From Chara braunii (taxonomy: Eukaryota; Plantae; Charophyceae), in assembly GCA_003427395.1 (NCBI GenBank), contig BFEA01000032.1, positions 4,907,489 to 4,971,488 of the forward strand: a stretch of 64,000 nt of DNA, in the 5' to 3' direction. Positions 52,195 to 64,000 of this stretch are shown here, piece by piece (positions within the stretch are counted from its first letter, which is position 1; the number at the start of each line of letters is the position of its first letter). A model generated the notes under the pieces. It saw nothing but the letters and a program-made list of their open reading frames with translations. It ran no database searches and was not told the origin of the DNA. A program made the position numbers and the translations under genes.

Positions 52195-52302
52195 GACACA
52201 CAGAGAGAGAGATNCAGTTTTGAAGTGTGGACACAAAGGATTTAGCTCGGATCTCGTGCGAAAAACCGAGTTATTGTGGCTGGGGTAGCCTTATCCCTTC
52301 AT

Positions 52303-52487
52303 CATCCTGCGGGAATAAAACCATATGAGGCGACCACACCCCTCAAACCTTACCCTTTGGTGAGACGTGGGTCCGCCGCCAGGTTGCTCTTATCCGTCCG
52401 TCTTCCTGCGGGAATAAAACCATATGAGGCGGCCACACCCCTCAAACCTTACCCTTTGGTGAGACGTGGGCCCACCGTCAGGTTGCG
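52303..52487. repeat. Two-copy ~100-bp direct repeat
   Basis: TCCTGCGGGAATAAAACCATATGAGGCG.CCACACCCCTCAAACCTTACCCTTTGGTGAGACGTGGG.CC.CCG.CAGGTTGC occurs twice. Confidence 0.9.
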
Positions 52488-54944
52488 CCGGTCAGCAACC
52501 AACACTAGGGGTTGCGCCCTAGTGATGCTAGATTATCCCCTAGTTGGGTCTCTGATATATATCTTAAAATTAACATCGTAGTGACTTGATGGTGTGTCGC
52601 AATAATCTCAGGCTTACTGCGAGACTATGCAGAGGTTTGTTTTCACTCAAAAGGCATACACCAGCTCTCTATGGGACAACACAGAGAGCACTGCATCCTC
52701 TCCAAAATCCACAAAAATTCACCACCAGATTCACAGGGCCGTGGCCTCCCGCTTGATCAAAGTAAAACAGACTACACATTTTAAAGACATCTCTCAAAAT
52801 TTCACAAATTTGTGACCTTCCAAATCTTCATCAATAAATAACCAATTCATTGGTATTTCTCGTCAGACTTTATCGTCTAAACTGTTGTCCATACCGTTTC
52901 AAATCAGTTAACCACCTTCCACCTTTGAAGGGGAGTCACTCATATAATCTCACAACCACCTCCCACATGGAGGGGAATCAACCATAAAACACTCATTCTT
53001 GAGAGACCAATTTGTGGCTCCTCAACTCAACTCAACAATCATTCGGCATGGACAAGCATTTCAGTTTCAAAAGACTCATAGATCCCTTGAAATTTTCACA
53101 CATTTTCACCAAACAAATTGTGTTTCCCTCTCTTGTACTCGAGCCTATTATCTGTCCGTAGGCAGATTGTACGAGTATACTAAAGCGTAGACAGTTTACA
53201 CATTTCACATTCACAAAAACGCAAGAGATGCATCCTGTACACGTCTTACACAAAAAATCATCATACATCAAGATAAGTCCACACATGTGAGAATGACTGT
53301 GATCGCCAAACAAAGAGGTAGTCTATGATCTTTATTACGTATAGGGTCGTGATATCCCAACTCACAGGAACAAAAATAGTCTTAAGGGCACACATATACT
53401 CAGAGTTGAACATCTTTAACTCAAAAATAAATCAGCGTAATCACTATGTCACCAATATACTCAACATCTGGAAAAGTCACAGTTCGAAAAAAAAAATCAG
53501 GCATGATCACAATATCACCAGGTATCGCACAAAAGTATCACGTCTTCATTAATCGTAATTGAAAAATGGTCTTAATCAAAACAAAATTTGCAGACGTGTG
53601 CTTAAATAATAATTTTTACGCTCAACTCGAAAATCGTATATATTTTTAAAGACAAAATAACAACAATAATATATTGTAATCCTATGTATCATAATGGAGA
53701 AAGAATAACCATGAAAAATGATATCATAATCAAGTGAATTTTTCCAACCATGAAGGCTTTCAAATGCAACAATTATAAAAGTATTATATTGCACTTCCCG
53801 AGGTTTTGACACAAATATACTGTGTCGAGGGGCAGTGTAACCCTTCTCAAAAGGATAACATCTTATTCCTGAGCCCTGCTCAAGGATCAAACCTTAATGC
53901 ATCTCCCTTTGATTACAGCACTTGCATCTTGCAGACTCTTGCCAATAAGGTAGTCAACCTCACCATGCATACTCTGGGATGGCCTATCCCTTCGCATGCA
54001 GATGAACCCACTTGATACAAAAATAGTTGGGGATCCACCCCCTACCTCTCTGTGGCAGGTAGTAGCCGCCTCCCTCAAAGGTCATGGTCCGACAAGGTTC
54101 AAACACTTTCCTCCTATTTGGTAGTAATATAGTCATTTTACCACAAAGAATCAGACGACAACACCCCACTATGGACCAGGAACATAGTTCCGGCGTGGGT
54201 CTCACTACTACCTACAAGACAAGATCATAATTTCTTCAAAATCATCTCTCAGGGAACAATAACATAGCGTTGGAACTTTCCTTAAGGTAGACTTTACACA
54301 TTGACCACTTTCTCACGAAATTCACTTTCCCCAGAAACCGATCACTCCATTCACCTCCGAATCCGCATCGGACGTAGATTCTGTGTAATTTTTTTACTCT
54401 CTTTTAAAAGATCAACCCACACATATCGATTCAGAATAAAAATAGACATTAGTTGATAATTTCAAGTTGACTAGCTTATATAGATAAACTTAGAATAATT
54501 GTATTTAAATAAATAAAATCAGAAAAATAGTAAATGTGGCTAATCATAAATAAATAAACCTCAGATAAATGACATCGAGTACATCGACTTACATGAGTCT
54601 GCATTTAAATAAGCTTACTTAAATGTGTGCTGACGTAAATGAATGAATCTCATAGGTAGGCTAAAAGGGTTAAAAAGACAAACTCACATGCTTAGTTAAA
54701 ACAAAATGTTTATGGTTTCCCTTGCAGAAGTGTTTTCGTAAGAGGAAAATACTTCTTCCTAACCTAGGTCATTTCCTATCGTTAGTGTATCATGACACTG
54801 TCATTTAATAGTGCAATCCCACTACAATCATCATCACATCTCTCATTTACCTAACGCCATTAATAAAGATTGTCGTTTTCCCTGGATCATCAGTCTGCAC
54901 TTAACCTGGGTTCGTTCTCTAAGGACCCCGGTAGGCAGCTGAGA

Positions 54945-54962
54945 TCCCCGACAACGGCGCCA
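54945..54962 (-). promoter_or_regulatory. Primer-binding site for tRNA-Asp (minus-strand element)
   Basis: Minus strand reads TGGCGCCGTTGTCGGGGA directly after ...CTCGACA-GG. Confidence 0.9.
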
Positions 54963-56979
54963 CCTGTCGAGTGCATCGGTCCCGCAAGGAGACCCTCCGG
55001 ACCGCGTCACGTAGGATTTGGAGCGTGGTTTGCCGCTCCAGCCGAGTGCGCCAGCCGTACCTCTCGCGAGCCCTTACGATAGGACAGGGTCACGCTAGGC
55101 ACGTCTTACCTCCACCCGCGGAAGTTGTCACCATCCCTTCGGTGGGCGTATCCCCGCCGAGCTACTGAACCACGTGCGAAAGTTTTTCGTTTGCAGTCGC
55201 AGAGGTGGTTCGGTCGAGGGCGTTTCTCGTTCACTGTAGCATAGGGGGTACGCGCGGTCAACGCCCCTCAATCGGACCCGCACGCGAATCTACGCATTGG
55301 GGGGTTGAGGTCCCAAGCACAACTCGTCGTCGGTCGACTAGGACGCATCCTACATATCACGCGTTACACTACAATACTCACACACACGGAAGGACACAAA
55401 ACAAACAACACAATAACACAACAACACTCCCAGTCCCTTTATTGCCTGACCCATTACCTTTTAAAATGGAAGTCGGTTAGGTGTCGCTCGTGAGACTCAA
55501 GATAAAATAACGCAGGCGCAGTGCTTTTTCATATCGACTAGCCATGGAAGCATACGCAAGCAGTCGTAATGATGAAGTAATGTGTGGTAGTCAAAATCAT
55601 GCGACCCTTGATGATCTCGGGGGTCACATTTTGACACTCAAGTGTCGGCTGACACTCGCCTTGAGGGGTTAATCTTTTGGCGCTAGACAACCGCCAAGGC
55701 GGTTGATCACCACACCCTCTTCTGCACCCTATGGAAAGTGGGTGGTACACAGGTTCATACCTGTGGTGACAATCGTCTCTTATTGCCCTGGAGACCAACT
55801 CCACCATCTAGAACGTGGATAAAACTCAAGGAGTTTGACTTTGACGGCTGCCACGGACTATAACGTCCAACTAAAAAAACAAAAAGGATGAAAGGGGAAT
55901 CTTCGTTTTCTCTCAAAGTATAATCTGTTTAACCCTTGCACACGGTCACAATGGGTCGCGCGAACATCCAACGTGTAACTTCAATCATTCTTTGCGCTAA
56001 CACCCCTCGCTTTAGCCATACAAGCCTCTCACTCTTTGTGCAACTCTCAAAAAAAAAATACTCAGTATCTTTATTAAATGGTCATTCAAATAAAGTCCGG
56101 GTAAAAACACAACGAAACAAATCAAACCACAGGGTTAAAGCCTTCAGGTTGAGTGGCAAGAGTGGATTGAAGTTGAGTCGAAAACCGACAAATCGGCAAC
56201 CGACCTGTTACTAGTGATAACAGAAGATGATCCTCATTGGATTAAGTTGATGCTAGCCCAAATCTTGAATCAATTTGAATAAAGATGGCCTGCAATGCAG
56301 CACAGCCCAGTGCCCAAGCCATGCTTGAGTGATCATGAAATAAACCTACGTTCCTCATTAGCCTCCGATGTTTATAAAAGAATGTCAGGAATTTTGACAT
56401 ATATCCCTTGAAGGGCAGATTGTCGAACCTTCAAGTTCTAAAATACCTTAACTCCTTTAAAATATAAAAAATTTCGGCAATGCTTCCTGTAGGAAAAATG
56501 CCTTTTCATAATTTTCAAGTGTCAAAAAATGACTAACTCCTCCAAATCTGTAAAATTTCGGCAGCGCTTCCCGTAGGAACAGGAGACTGCCAAGATTTAT
56601 ACAAAGCTGAAAATGCAAAGACAAAGTACAACTATACTTGGGACTAACTTCTGACAGTTACTTGATAGTTAGAACCGGAGATAGTCTGCACGATCCCTTC
56701 TTGAAGATGGCATCGTGAGCTAACACCGATCCTAACTCCTAGTAGGGCCAGTCCTATCTTATCCCAAGTTTCCCTCCCACCATCCATCTCACCTACCTAA
56801 AGTTCTAGCACTCAGCGAGCATCTAAAACAACTAAGCTATCAAAAAGATGCCCCAAACGATTGTCCACAAACATGCATAACAAACATCTCTCTCAGTCCC
56901 ACATCAGCTTAATCCGAATCGTTCGTTAATCTCTCAATTTTTTTGACCCTCAATAACCCCCTTTCCTATGGCATAGGAT

Positions 56980-58177
56980 CAGACCGCCCCAACTTAAGGG
57001 TACGCCCGAGTGAAACAAATAGGGTGCGCACAACTAGACTGCCCCAACTTAGGGGTATGCCTAGCTTCCATGACAGAAACGTGTGTGCAGACTACCCCAA
57101 CTTAGGGGTATGCCCAACCCAACATTAACTGTGCACATAAAGCATATGACCAGACCGCCCTAACTTAAAGGTACGCATGACTTTTTCTTAACTGACGACA
57201 TGAGGCATATGACTGGACTGCCCTAACTTAAGGGTATACCTAGTTAGCCTTAAACGAAGTTTACGTAGGGCATATGATTAGACTGCCCCAACTTAGGGGT
57301 ATGCCTAACCTGCCTAAACAGGTACAAACGACGAATGGTCAGACCGCCCTAACTTAAGGGTACGTCCAACCTACATAACATTAACGACGCTAAACCGCCC
57401 CAACTTAGGGGTACGGCTAGTTAGCCTAAACAGTTTAAGATACATAAGGCAATGTGACCAGACCGCCCTAACTTAAGCCACAGGTCCCCCCGCCACCGAA
57501 AACCCCTAGTCCCTGTGTTAGGGCCGGTTTGTACGGAGGGGCGGCGACCGTACGGAGGCGTCGGGTTGTGCGGAGACCGACGGGTCCAATCCCACCATTT
57601 TGCAAGCGGCAACTTTGCCGATTTTTTATGCTCAAAAGAAGTCATGAAAATATCTGAAAATTTGAGCGTCTGTAGATTAGGTCATGATCTTTCAGGGAAA
57701 AATATCAGAAAAAATAAAATAAAAATAATTTTCACGGTGAAATATTCGCCGCGCCGATTCGGTTTATTTTCATTTTTTTTCGCAAATTTCGTACGGAGGC
57801 CCGCCCGGTTTTCCGCGCTGTACAACCGGTACCCGTCGTGAAACGGCGCTACCGGTATCCCGAGGTTTTTGACGTTAGGGGGACCTGTGGTGCCTGATCT
57901 GCCTAAAACAAGTTACAAACGACGTATGACTAAGCCGCCTCAACTTAGGGGTACGCTTAGCCTCCGTAACAACAGTTCAAACATTCATGAATACTTTCAT
58001 ACAAACTTAATAATTTCAGTTCTTCTTAGGCAGATGATCAGACCGACCCAACTTAGGGAGACATCCAACCCTGCCTTGTGTTTAAAAGGGAAAAAAAAAA
58101 AAAAATTATACTAAAACGCTGCCCCTTTTTGTGTTATCACGAGCATAAAACTGAACCGCGCTAACTTAAGGGTACGC
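56980..58177 (-). repeat. Array of 12 UAAGUU-loop hairpins with variable spacers
   Basis: Plus-strand GACYGCCCY-AACTTA-RGGGTAYGC with loops at about 56991, 57046, 57099, 57162, 57225, 57290, 57351, 57402, 57470, 57942, 58050 and 58163. Confidence 0.9.
57478..57890. mobile_element. ~410-bp MITE inserted into one hairpin unit
   Basis: TIR CCACAGGTCCCCC / GGGGGACCTGTGG with GTACGGAGG subterminal repeats. No clear TSD. Confidence 0.8.
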
Positions 58178-61100
58178 TGTCGGCGCGAATTCCCTTATAA
58201 GGGTATCCACTCTGTTTTATGCAAGTGGCAGAAAATGATTTTGGGGTAAAGTTAAGTATATCACGCTAGGCGCAGCTATGTCTGTGACTTACATTGACTG
58301 GGTGGTTGACTATAATAGAGAGTGTGTGGGCAAGCGGATTTTAAGACGCGCGTGATCTTTTTATTTGTTGATGATTGAAAGGATGGCGTGATCGCCGACC
58401 ATAATTTATTTCTTCTGATTAAACAGGGACTAAAAAAAGTTTTATTTCTTGATTGGTGCATTTACCTCGACTTGCGCACGCATACGGAGGACGACGTCAA
58501 CGGCGGCATGATCCGGTATAGCCGCGCGGTGGGCACGGAGGTTGGCGGTCGACGGTTCGGTCGATAGGTCGATGTGTGGGATTAAAATGTTTCGGTAGAT
58601 TGGCGCGTCGAGCAGTGTCTGTTTATTTAGACTTTCGTCAAAGTGAACAAGCCTTGGGCCTAGCGCTATTGTTTACAGTATTAGACTCACGTCAAGGAGA
58701 TTCAGGGATCGGGGTCGAGTGGCGACGACGCGAGAACATCAGAGTGTCGCGAAGGCGTCAATGGGGTCGAGGGTCGGCAGGGTTATCCCCCTCGGCTTTG
58801 TCGTCCGTGACGCCTGATCGGAGATGGCGTTTCCTAGGTAATCCTCTTTAGCGCCGTATTTTGTTTGTTTCTTTTGAGCCCCGACGAGCCGTTGACCTGG
58901 GGTAACGCCGAATTTAATGGCCACCTCGATGCGGTCCTGGGTACGACCCACGTTTCGGGTCTAGGGAGGGCGCGCGGGGGTGTGATGTATTTACAAGGTG
59001 GCCGGGAGCGTGGCCATGGGCTAGTCTCGTGAGCACGCCGAAGCTATCCCGTTTGAGCGTTTCGGGGCCTACGTAGTAGCCACACCCATGCTCAAGCCTC
59101 CCATGAGGGAGAATGCGGGAACTCCTCCCACTAGTAGGGGCGATATCCGGTATAGCGGGTGGTACCGGCCAGGGGTTAGCCGGTTGCATTAGGACCAAGC
59201 TTCTCGGAGGCGGCCGTGGGCCACTACGGCCAGCCTATTGTGAAGCCCTTCCTCACCGCAGTGGCACATCAGGCCGCGCCGCAGCCCGCTGATAGTAGGT
59301 AGACGCCCATCGGGGGACCAGCTAGCAATCGGGAGCAGAGTCGAGCAGCGTTGCGCAACAGCGGACTGAAAAGTTGGGGCAGATAGGAAGACCGCTGCGC
59401 TAAGGCGCTAGCTGGCCGATGGTGAAAACAAAAGGGAGTGGGGGAGTACGAGGGTTGTCAAGCGAGAGCAAAGAAAACAGTTGAATCCGGGCGCTAAATC
59501 ACGCCGGATGCATGCGGGGAGTAGGAAAGAAGTGAAGAGGAGAAAACTTGCCACATCGGCCGGTGGCTCGCCCCGCTAAGAGTACTTCTTCGGGAAAGTC
59601 TTGGCTGGTCGGACGGCTCTGTGGCGCAGCGATAGAGACCGGTAGCACTTGAGTGCAGCTTGAGCGCTGAAGAGACGAGCGAGATGGATACTGAGGCGGG
59701 CTAGGAAAGAAAAGGAAAGGAACGAACCCGGGCGGGAAGATGCGCCGGGTGCATGCGAAAAGGCGGGCTATGGCTGAGAGGGGGAGAGGGCCAGCTCGCT
59801 CGATTCCCCATAGTTTCCGACGGGGGAAGAGTCGATCCCGGGGTTTTTGCCCCGGGCGAGCGCAGTGANGAGGTTAGTTTTGGAAGAGGGTTAGTGTAGG
59901 AGGGGGTAAGAGAGAAATGAANTACNCGGGATATGGCGGGAGAAGAAGTACGGGTAGANAAGTTGANCTCACCCGTTTCTCGATGAGAACGGGCGAGTGA
60001 AGACTCGCTCTGGGGTTTTTAGACATTGCGAACACGATAGTGNAGTCAGAAGGGAGGAAAAANTAATGTAAAAGGGAGTTAATAGGAAAAACCGCGCGCG
60101 GAGAGTGTCGGGGAGGAAGACGAACGAGAGTGAAGTTGCACTAACTCGCTCGTTTTCCGACCGATTTTAACGAACTAAGATACTAGACTCGGTTTTTTAG
60201 GCCGGGCGAATACGTTGGTGAAGTCAGAATAGTGGGAGGATTAATGGATTTGAAGTTAGAAAGAGAAGTGGTAGCGCGGAGCTATGGCGGGCGAAGAAGT
60301 GAAGGAGAAGAGGAAGGGAAAAGGTTATATCTCAACCGTTTTTTGACGAAATTGGGCAAAATAAAACTATAGATTGGGGTTTTGGGGTGCTGCGAGATGA
60401 ACAGTGATGTTAGTTTTGCGGATAAAGGAGCGGATCAACTGGTACAGAGGAAAAGGGCTGCGAGAGAGTGTCGAAGAGGGGAATATGACGAATTTGAAGG
60501 TATTCGTTTTAGCAAACTCCTAGCAAGGACTAGGCAAGAAGGAGGAGAGATGAGGAGCGGGGGTTTTGGGAAGTTGCCAGCTCCATGGCAGGCTCGGATC
60601 CCGCAGTGAAGATGTAGTCTCTGTGCTATGTCAGGTAGCGGCTGCGCGAATATTGAAGGGCGCTTGGAAAGCTGAATGTATCTTTTCGCATTCTAGCGGA
60701 AGATTCATCCGGATTTTGCTAATCCTATCGATGGAAAAGGCCACTCTCTAACTCTCTACAAGCATGATCGACAGCGATTTATATTTCCGCTTTTAACGGA
60801 AAGGTTCATTCTCATTTTACAGCTTCGAGGGGAGGGGCTACGCGGCTCATGGTCGCTTCCGATCGTGGTGCTCGGGACACGCAAGTGGTCTTCATCTTCA
60901 CACTGACCACTTCACCATTGGTAATCTCGTCTCATTGCCTGTCAATTGTCCATCCGGCGGTCCTCTTCCTGTTCGCGGTCAGCCTGCCTTTCTTGAGTCT
61001 GCGAGGTGTACGGGAGCCTGGCCGGGTGGCCTACCAAGTGAAGAGAGAGAGGGAGAGACGGCCCCCACTTGTCCCCCTGTGGGAAAGGCAGTAGGGAAAT

Positions 61101-64000
61101 GTGTGTTGCCCGTGTGATCCCGTCAGGGTGCATGAGGGGCCTCGTTGTACTACTCATTATGCTGCCCATGGACGAAGAGTCATTCGTGATCTACTGTGTG
61201 AGTTGCAGTTGGACCATCTTCGACTGAATCTGGCTGTATCAGTGACCAGATTCGTCGATGTAATCGGAGTCGTAGTGAGGTCTGGATCGGGAGCAGGATA
61301 GTAAGAGGGTCGGAGCGAAGGCGAGGACTACTCGAAAGGAGAACGCAAAAAACCAGCGGGAGACCAGGGGAGAAAAAACCATACGTTCCTGAGCAGTTTG
61401 CAAAGCTAGCGATGCTTGCCGAATAGCTGAGTGCTGAAGCTATTGCTCACTAAGTGATCATCTGCGCGGCCGTGTGAGTGATCATGCGGGTTGCTGTTCG
61501 CTATGCGCGCAGAGCCTTACTGGAGCGATTGCGGTGGTTACTACGGGTACTCCATGCCGTCGGCTTGGCCGAGGAAGCTTGGGCCTTGCCGCTAGGTGGG
61601 GAGACCGAGACTACGGGAAGGGGCTGCTCTGCTGCTGTGTGAACTGTTGGTGGCCCCAACTGTGCTCCTACTGAAGCAGCCGCGGGGCTTGATACGGGCT
61701 GCCAGGGCTGCTGAGCGACGTTACGCTACTGCGCACGCTTCATTCTGTCACGATAGCGACCGCTGAGTGCACGGTCCCGTCGGCCCATTCAGCCCTGTGT
61801 ACTGGGCCCCGTATCAAAGCGCCTAATGGCGGGGCTAACTGCTGATTTCAGACGGGATGTGGGAAAGAGGAAGTGATTGAATAACAAAAGGAGGAGGGTA
61901 CTTTTGTCGTGGACTAGGAGGTCACAAAAAGGTTGGCTCCGACGGGTTAATTTCGGCCAACCAGGCTGCGACTGACGGACTATTGTTGCAACTTAGAGAG
62001 CCGTCAGGCGTATAACCTCAATGATTGATTCGGGGTTGACTAAGCTGTTACGTCGGCTGTCATTGCGGGGCCCTCAGGCGCATCCAAATTTAAAGACCCT
62101 CTCTTGCGAGACTGAGAGCATCATTCTTGGATCTGAAAGTCTAAAATCCTTCTCCTTCTGCCCTTCTAACTCTCAGTCTAGTCTTGTGGTTACGCGAGGA
62201 AGGCGGCAGGCGGGATTGCCACCCGTAGGTCCGAGTCAAGACTCTGTGGGGAGTCCACCCACCGATTGTGAGAGCTCTGCCGAAACTCATAAGGAGTTCT
62301 AGAGGCAGGAAACTGTCAGGTATATCATTTTCATCTGTATCACCCACTACTACCCATGTTTGTTTATCTCCCTGCAGTATGACTTACGTATGCATGTGTG
62401 TCCCTATGATTTGGCTTTCTTTTTCAGGATTCAATCAGACTGAATGGAAGGAATGTGTGAAAGTGAAGTTTAAGTTTCTCTTTTGTTTTAATTGAAAGCA
62501 GACAAGGGATAAAGTAGGGAAAGGTGGGAGGAAGGTGGACTGCATGCGTTTGGAAGAGTCAACCAAAGCCTGAGCATTGTTTCTACTGTGAATGGTTCAT
62601 GACTATGTTTATTTGGCTGTTTTATGAAGGACCACGCATTGTTTCTACTGTGAATGGCCTGGTTGCTATGTTTATTTCGTTGTTCTCTGGAGGACCGGGC
62701 ATTGTTTCTACTGTGAATGGCCTGTTTACTCTCTGAGGGTTTGCCTGATTGAAGGGGTTTAAATTCTTGTTTAGTCTGAGGGAGGATTTTTGTTCTAAGG
62801 CTAAGCATTGTTTCCATGATGAATGATTTAGCCTGAAAACCACGCACATAAATTAAAGTAAGTATAAAGGAAAGTACTTTATGTATATTTGCATGTGAAC
62901 TGGCAGTTGGACATTGTTTCTACTGTGAATGGTCCAGCGTTAAGCCATATCATTAAGAAGAGAAAAGGAAAAATACAAGGTATAAATGAAAATAGTTTGG
63001 GCAAGCTGAACATTCTTTCTACTGTGAATGGTTCAGTCCCCTGCCCATATTTGCCTTTTTCTTTTGAAAACAAAGTCAGAGAAATACTAAAATTTTGGAT
63101 ATTAAACAGCTCAGGGCGACTATACATTTTTTCCATGACGAATGGCCTACTCATCTGCCCAAAAGAAGAGAGAAGTAGTTGTGCAATCTGTTTGTGTATA
63201 TCATAAAGACAATCTGAGAATTGTTTCCATGACGAATGGTCCAGCTCTATGTCTTATGTAAAATGGGTATAAGGATTCAAGGACTTGAAAAATTCATAAA
63301 CTATCTATGTAGAATTGACCTTGGATGGTGAGAGTACTTTCCCTTGTGGTTTAGCTTGCATGTGACTAAGTAAGGTCACAACTTAGTATGAGTTTCAGGT
63401 TGGTAGGTAGTTGCTTTAGTTGTTTGCCACGTGCTAGAACCATAGGAGTTAGTATCAAGTCCTGCATTTTTTCTAATAATTTTTTTTACTTAGGTCAATT
63501 CTTGCATTTTCTAAGATTTGTTCTTATCCTTGGCTTTGTATAAATTTTGGCAAACTACTTTCTCTACGGGAAGCGCTGCCGAAATTTTTAAAAATTCGAG
63601 GAATTAGTTGAATTTTAACTTGACAAAGTTGTCAAAAGTTCAACTTTGTCTTTTTCTGACTTGGAATAAATCTGGGAAGTCTCCCTTTCTAAAGGGAGTG
63701 CTGCCAAAATTTTTGCTAATTCAGGGAGTTAGACAAAAATTGAGCTTTGGGATGTCAAAGCTACTTCCAAATTCTAGACTTAGCCTTGTATAAATTTTGG
63801 AATAACACTTTTCTAGAGGGAGTGCTGCCGAATTTTTTACAAGAATTAAGGAGTTAGACAAATTTTGACTTTCCAGAGTAAGAGATTATTTTTACTCTCA
63901 TATCTGGGCTTATATAAATTCTGGAAAGACACTTTTCCTACGGGAAGCGCTGCCGAAATTTTCTTAGCTGGAGAGGAGATAGATTATATTTTGACAGGTG
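58178..64000 (+). mobile_element. LTR of the same family (copy F), running off the window
   Basis: TGTCG start inside a repeat unit of copy E. It is colinear with copy B (62060-62325 with 39770-40035; 63100-64000 with 40780-41780). Confidence 0.9.
62571..63245 (+). repeat. Array of 8 hairpins with a different core motif
   Basis: CATTGTTTCTACTGTGAATGG or CATTGTTTCCATGAYGAATGG at 62575, 62637, 62700, 62806, 62912, 63011, 63125 and 63219. Confidence 0.88.

Larger units (their letters stand above)
54965..58177 (-). mobile_element. 3' part of a minus-strand LTR of the same family (copy E), interrupted by copy F
   Basis: Inverted homology to 41960-43532, the 120-bp subrepeats and the hairpin array. 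Confidence 0.88.

Noticed and set aside
54845-54900. Hammerhead ribozyme (minus-strand CTGATGA...GAAA)
   Set aside because: Stem II is too short and stem I cannot form.
56980-58177. CRISPR array (palindromic repeats with variable spacers)
   Set aside because: The context is a eukaryotic LTR with no cas genes. Repeats are degenerate and some spacers resemble each other, so an RNA hairpin array fits better.

Overview
Repeat-rich eukaryotic DNA from the green-plant lineage. This is inferred from a green-lineage H2A, a plant-type U6, a plant tRNA-Asp primer site and a TTTAGGG telo-box; a streptophyte alga such as a charophyte is plausible but unproven. The only intact host gene is an intronless histone H2A (minus strand, 10953-11339) ending in a metazoan/chlorophyte-type 3' stem-loop; a decayed inverted copy lies at 15171-15533. 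The left end holds a decayed Ty3/gypsy element. The region from about 26.6 kb to the end is dominated by six nested copies of one Athila-like LTR family (tRNA-Asp PBS; TGTCG...CGACA ends), and one LTR is complete at about 8.6 kb. Their U3 regions carry copy-specific pieces of housekeeping RNA genes (28S rRNA sense and antisense, U6, tRNA halves). A predicted LTR intron holds an array of RNA hairpins with compensatory stem changes and subfamily-specific loops. hAT-type MITEs, a tRNA-derived SINE head, tandem repeats, microsatellites and two N-gaps fill the rest. All similarities to known RNAs were recognised by eye from remembered consensus sequences, not from database searches.
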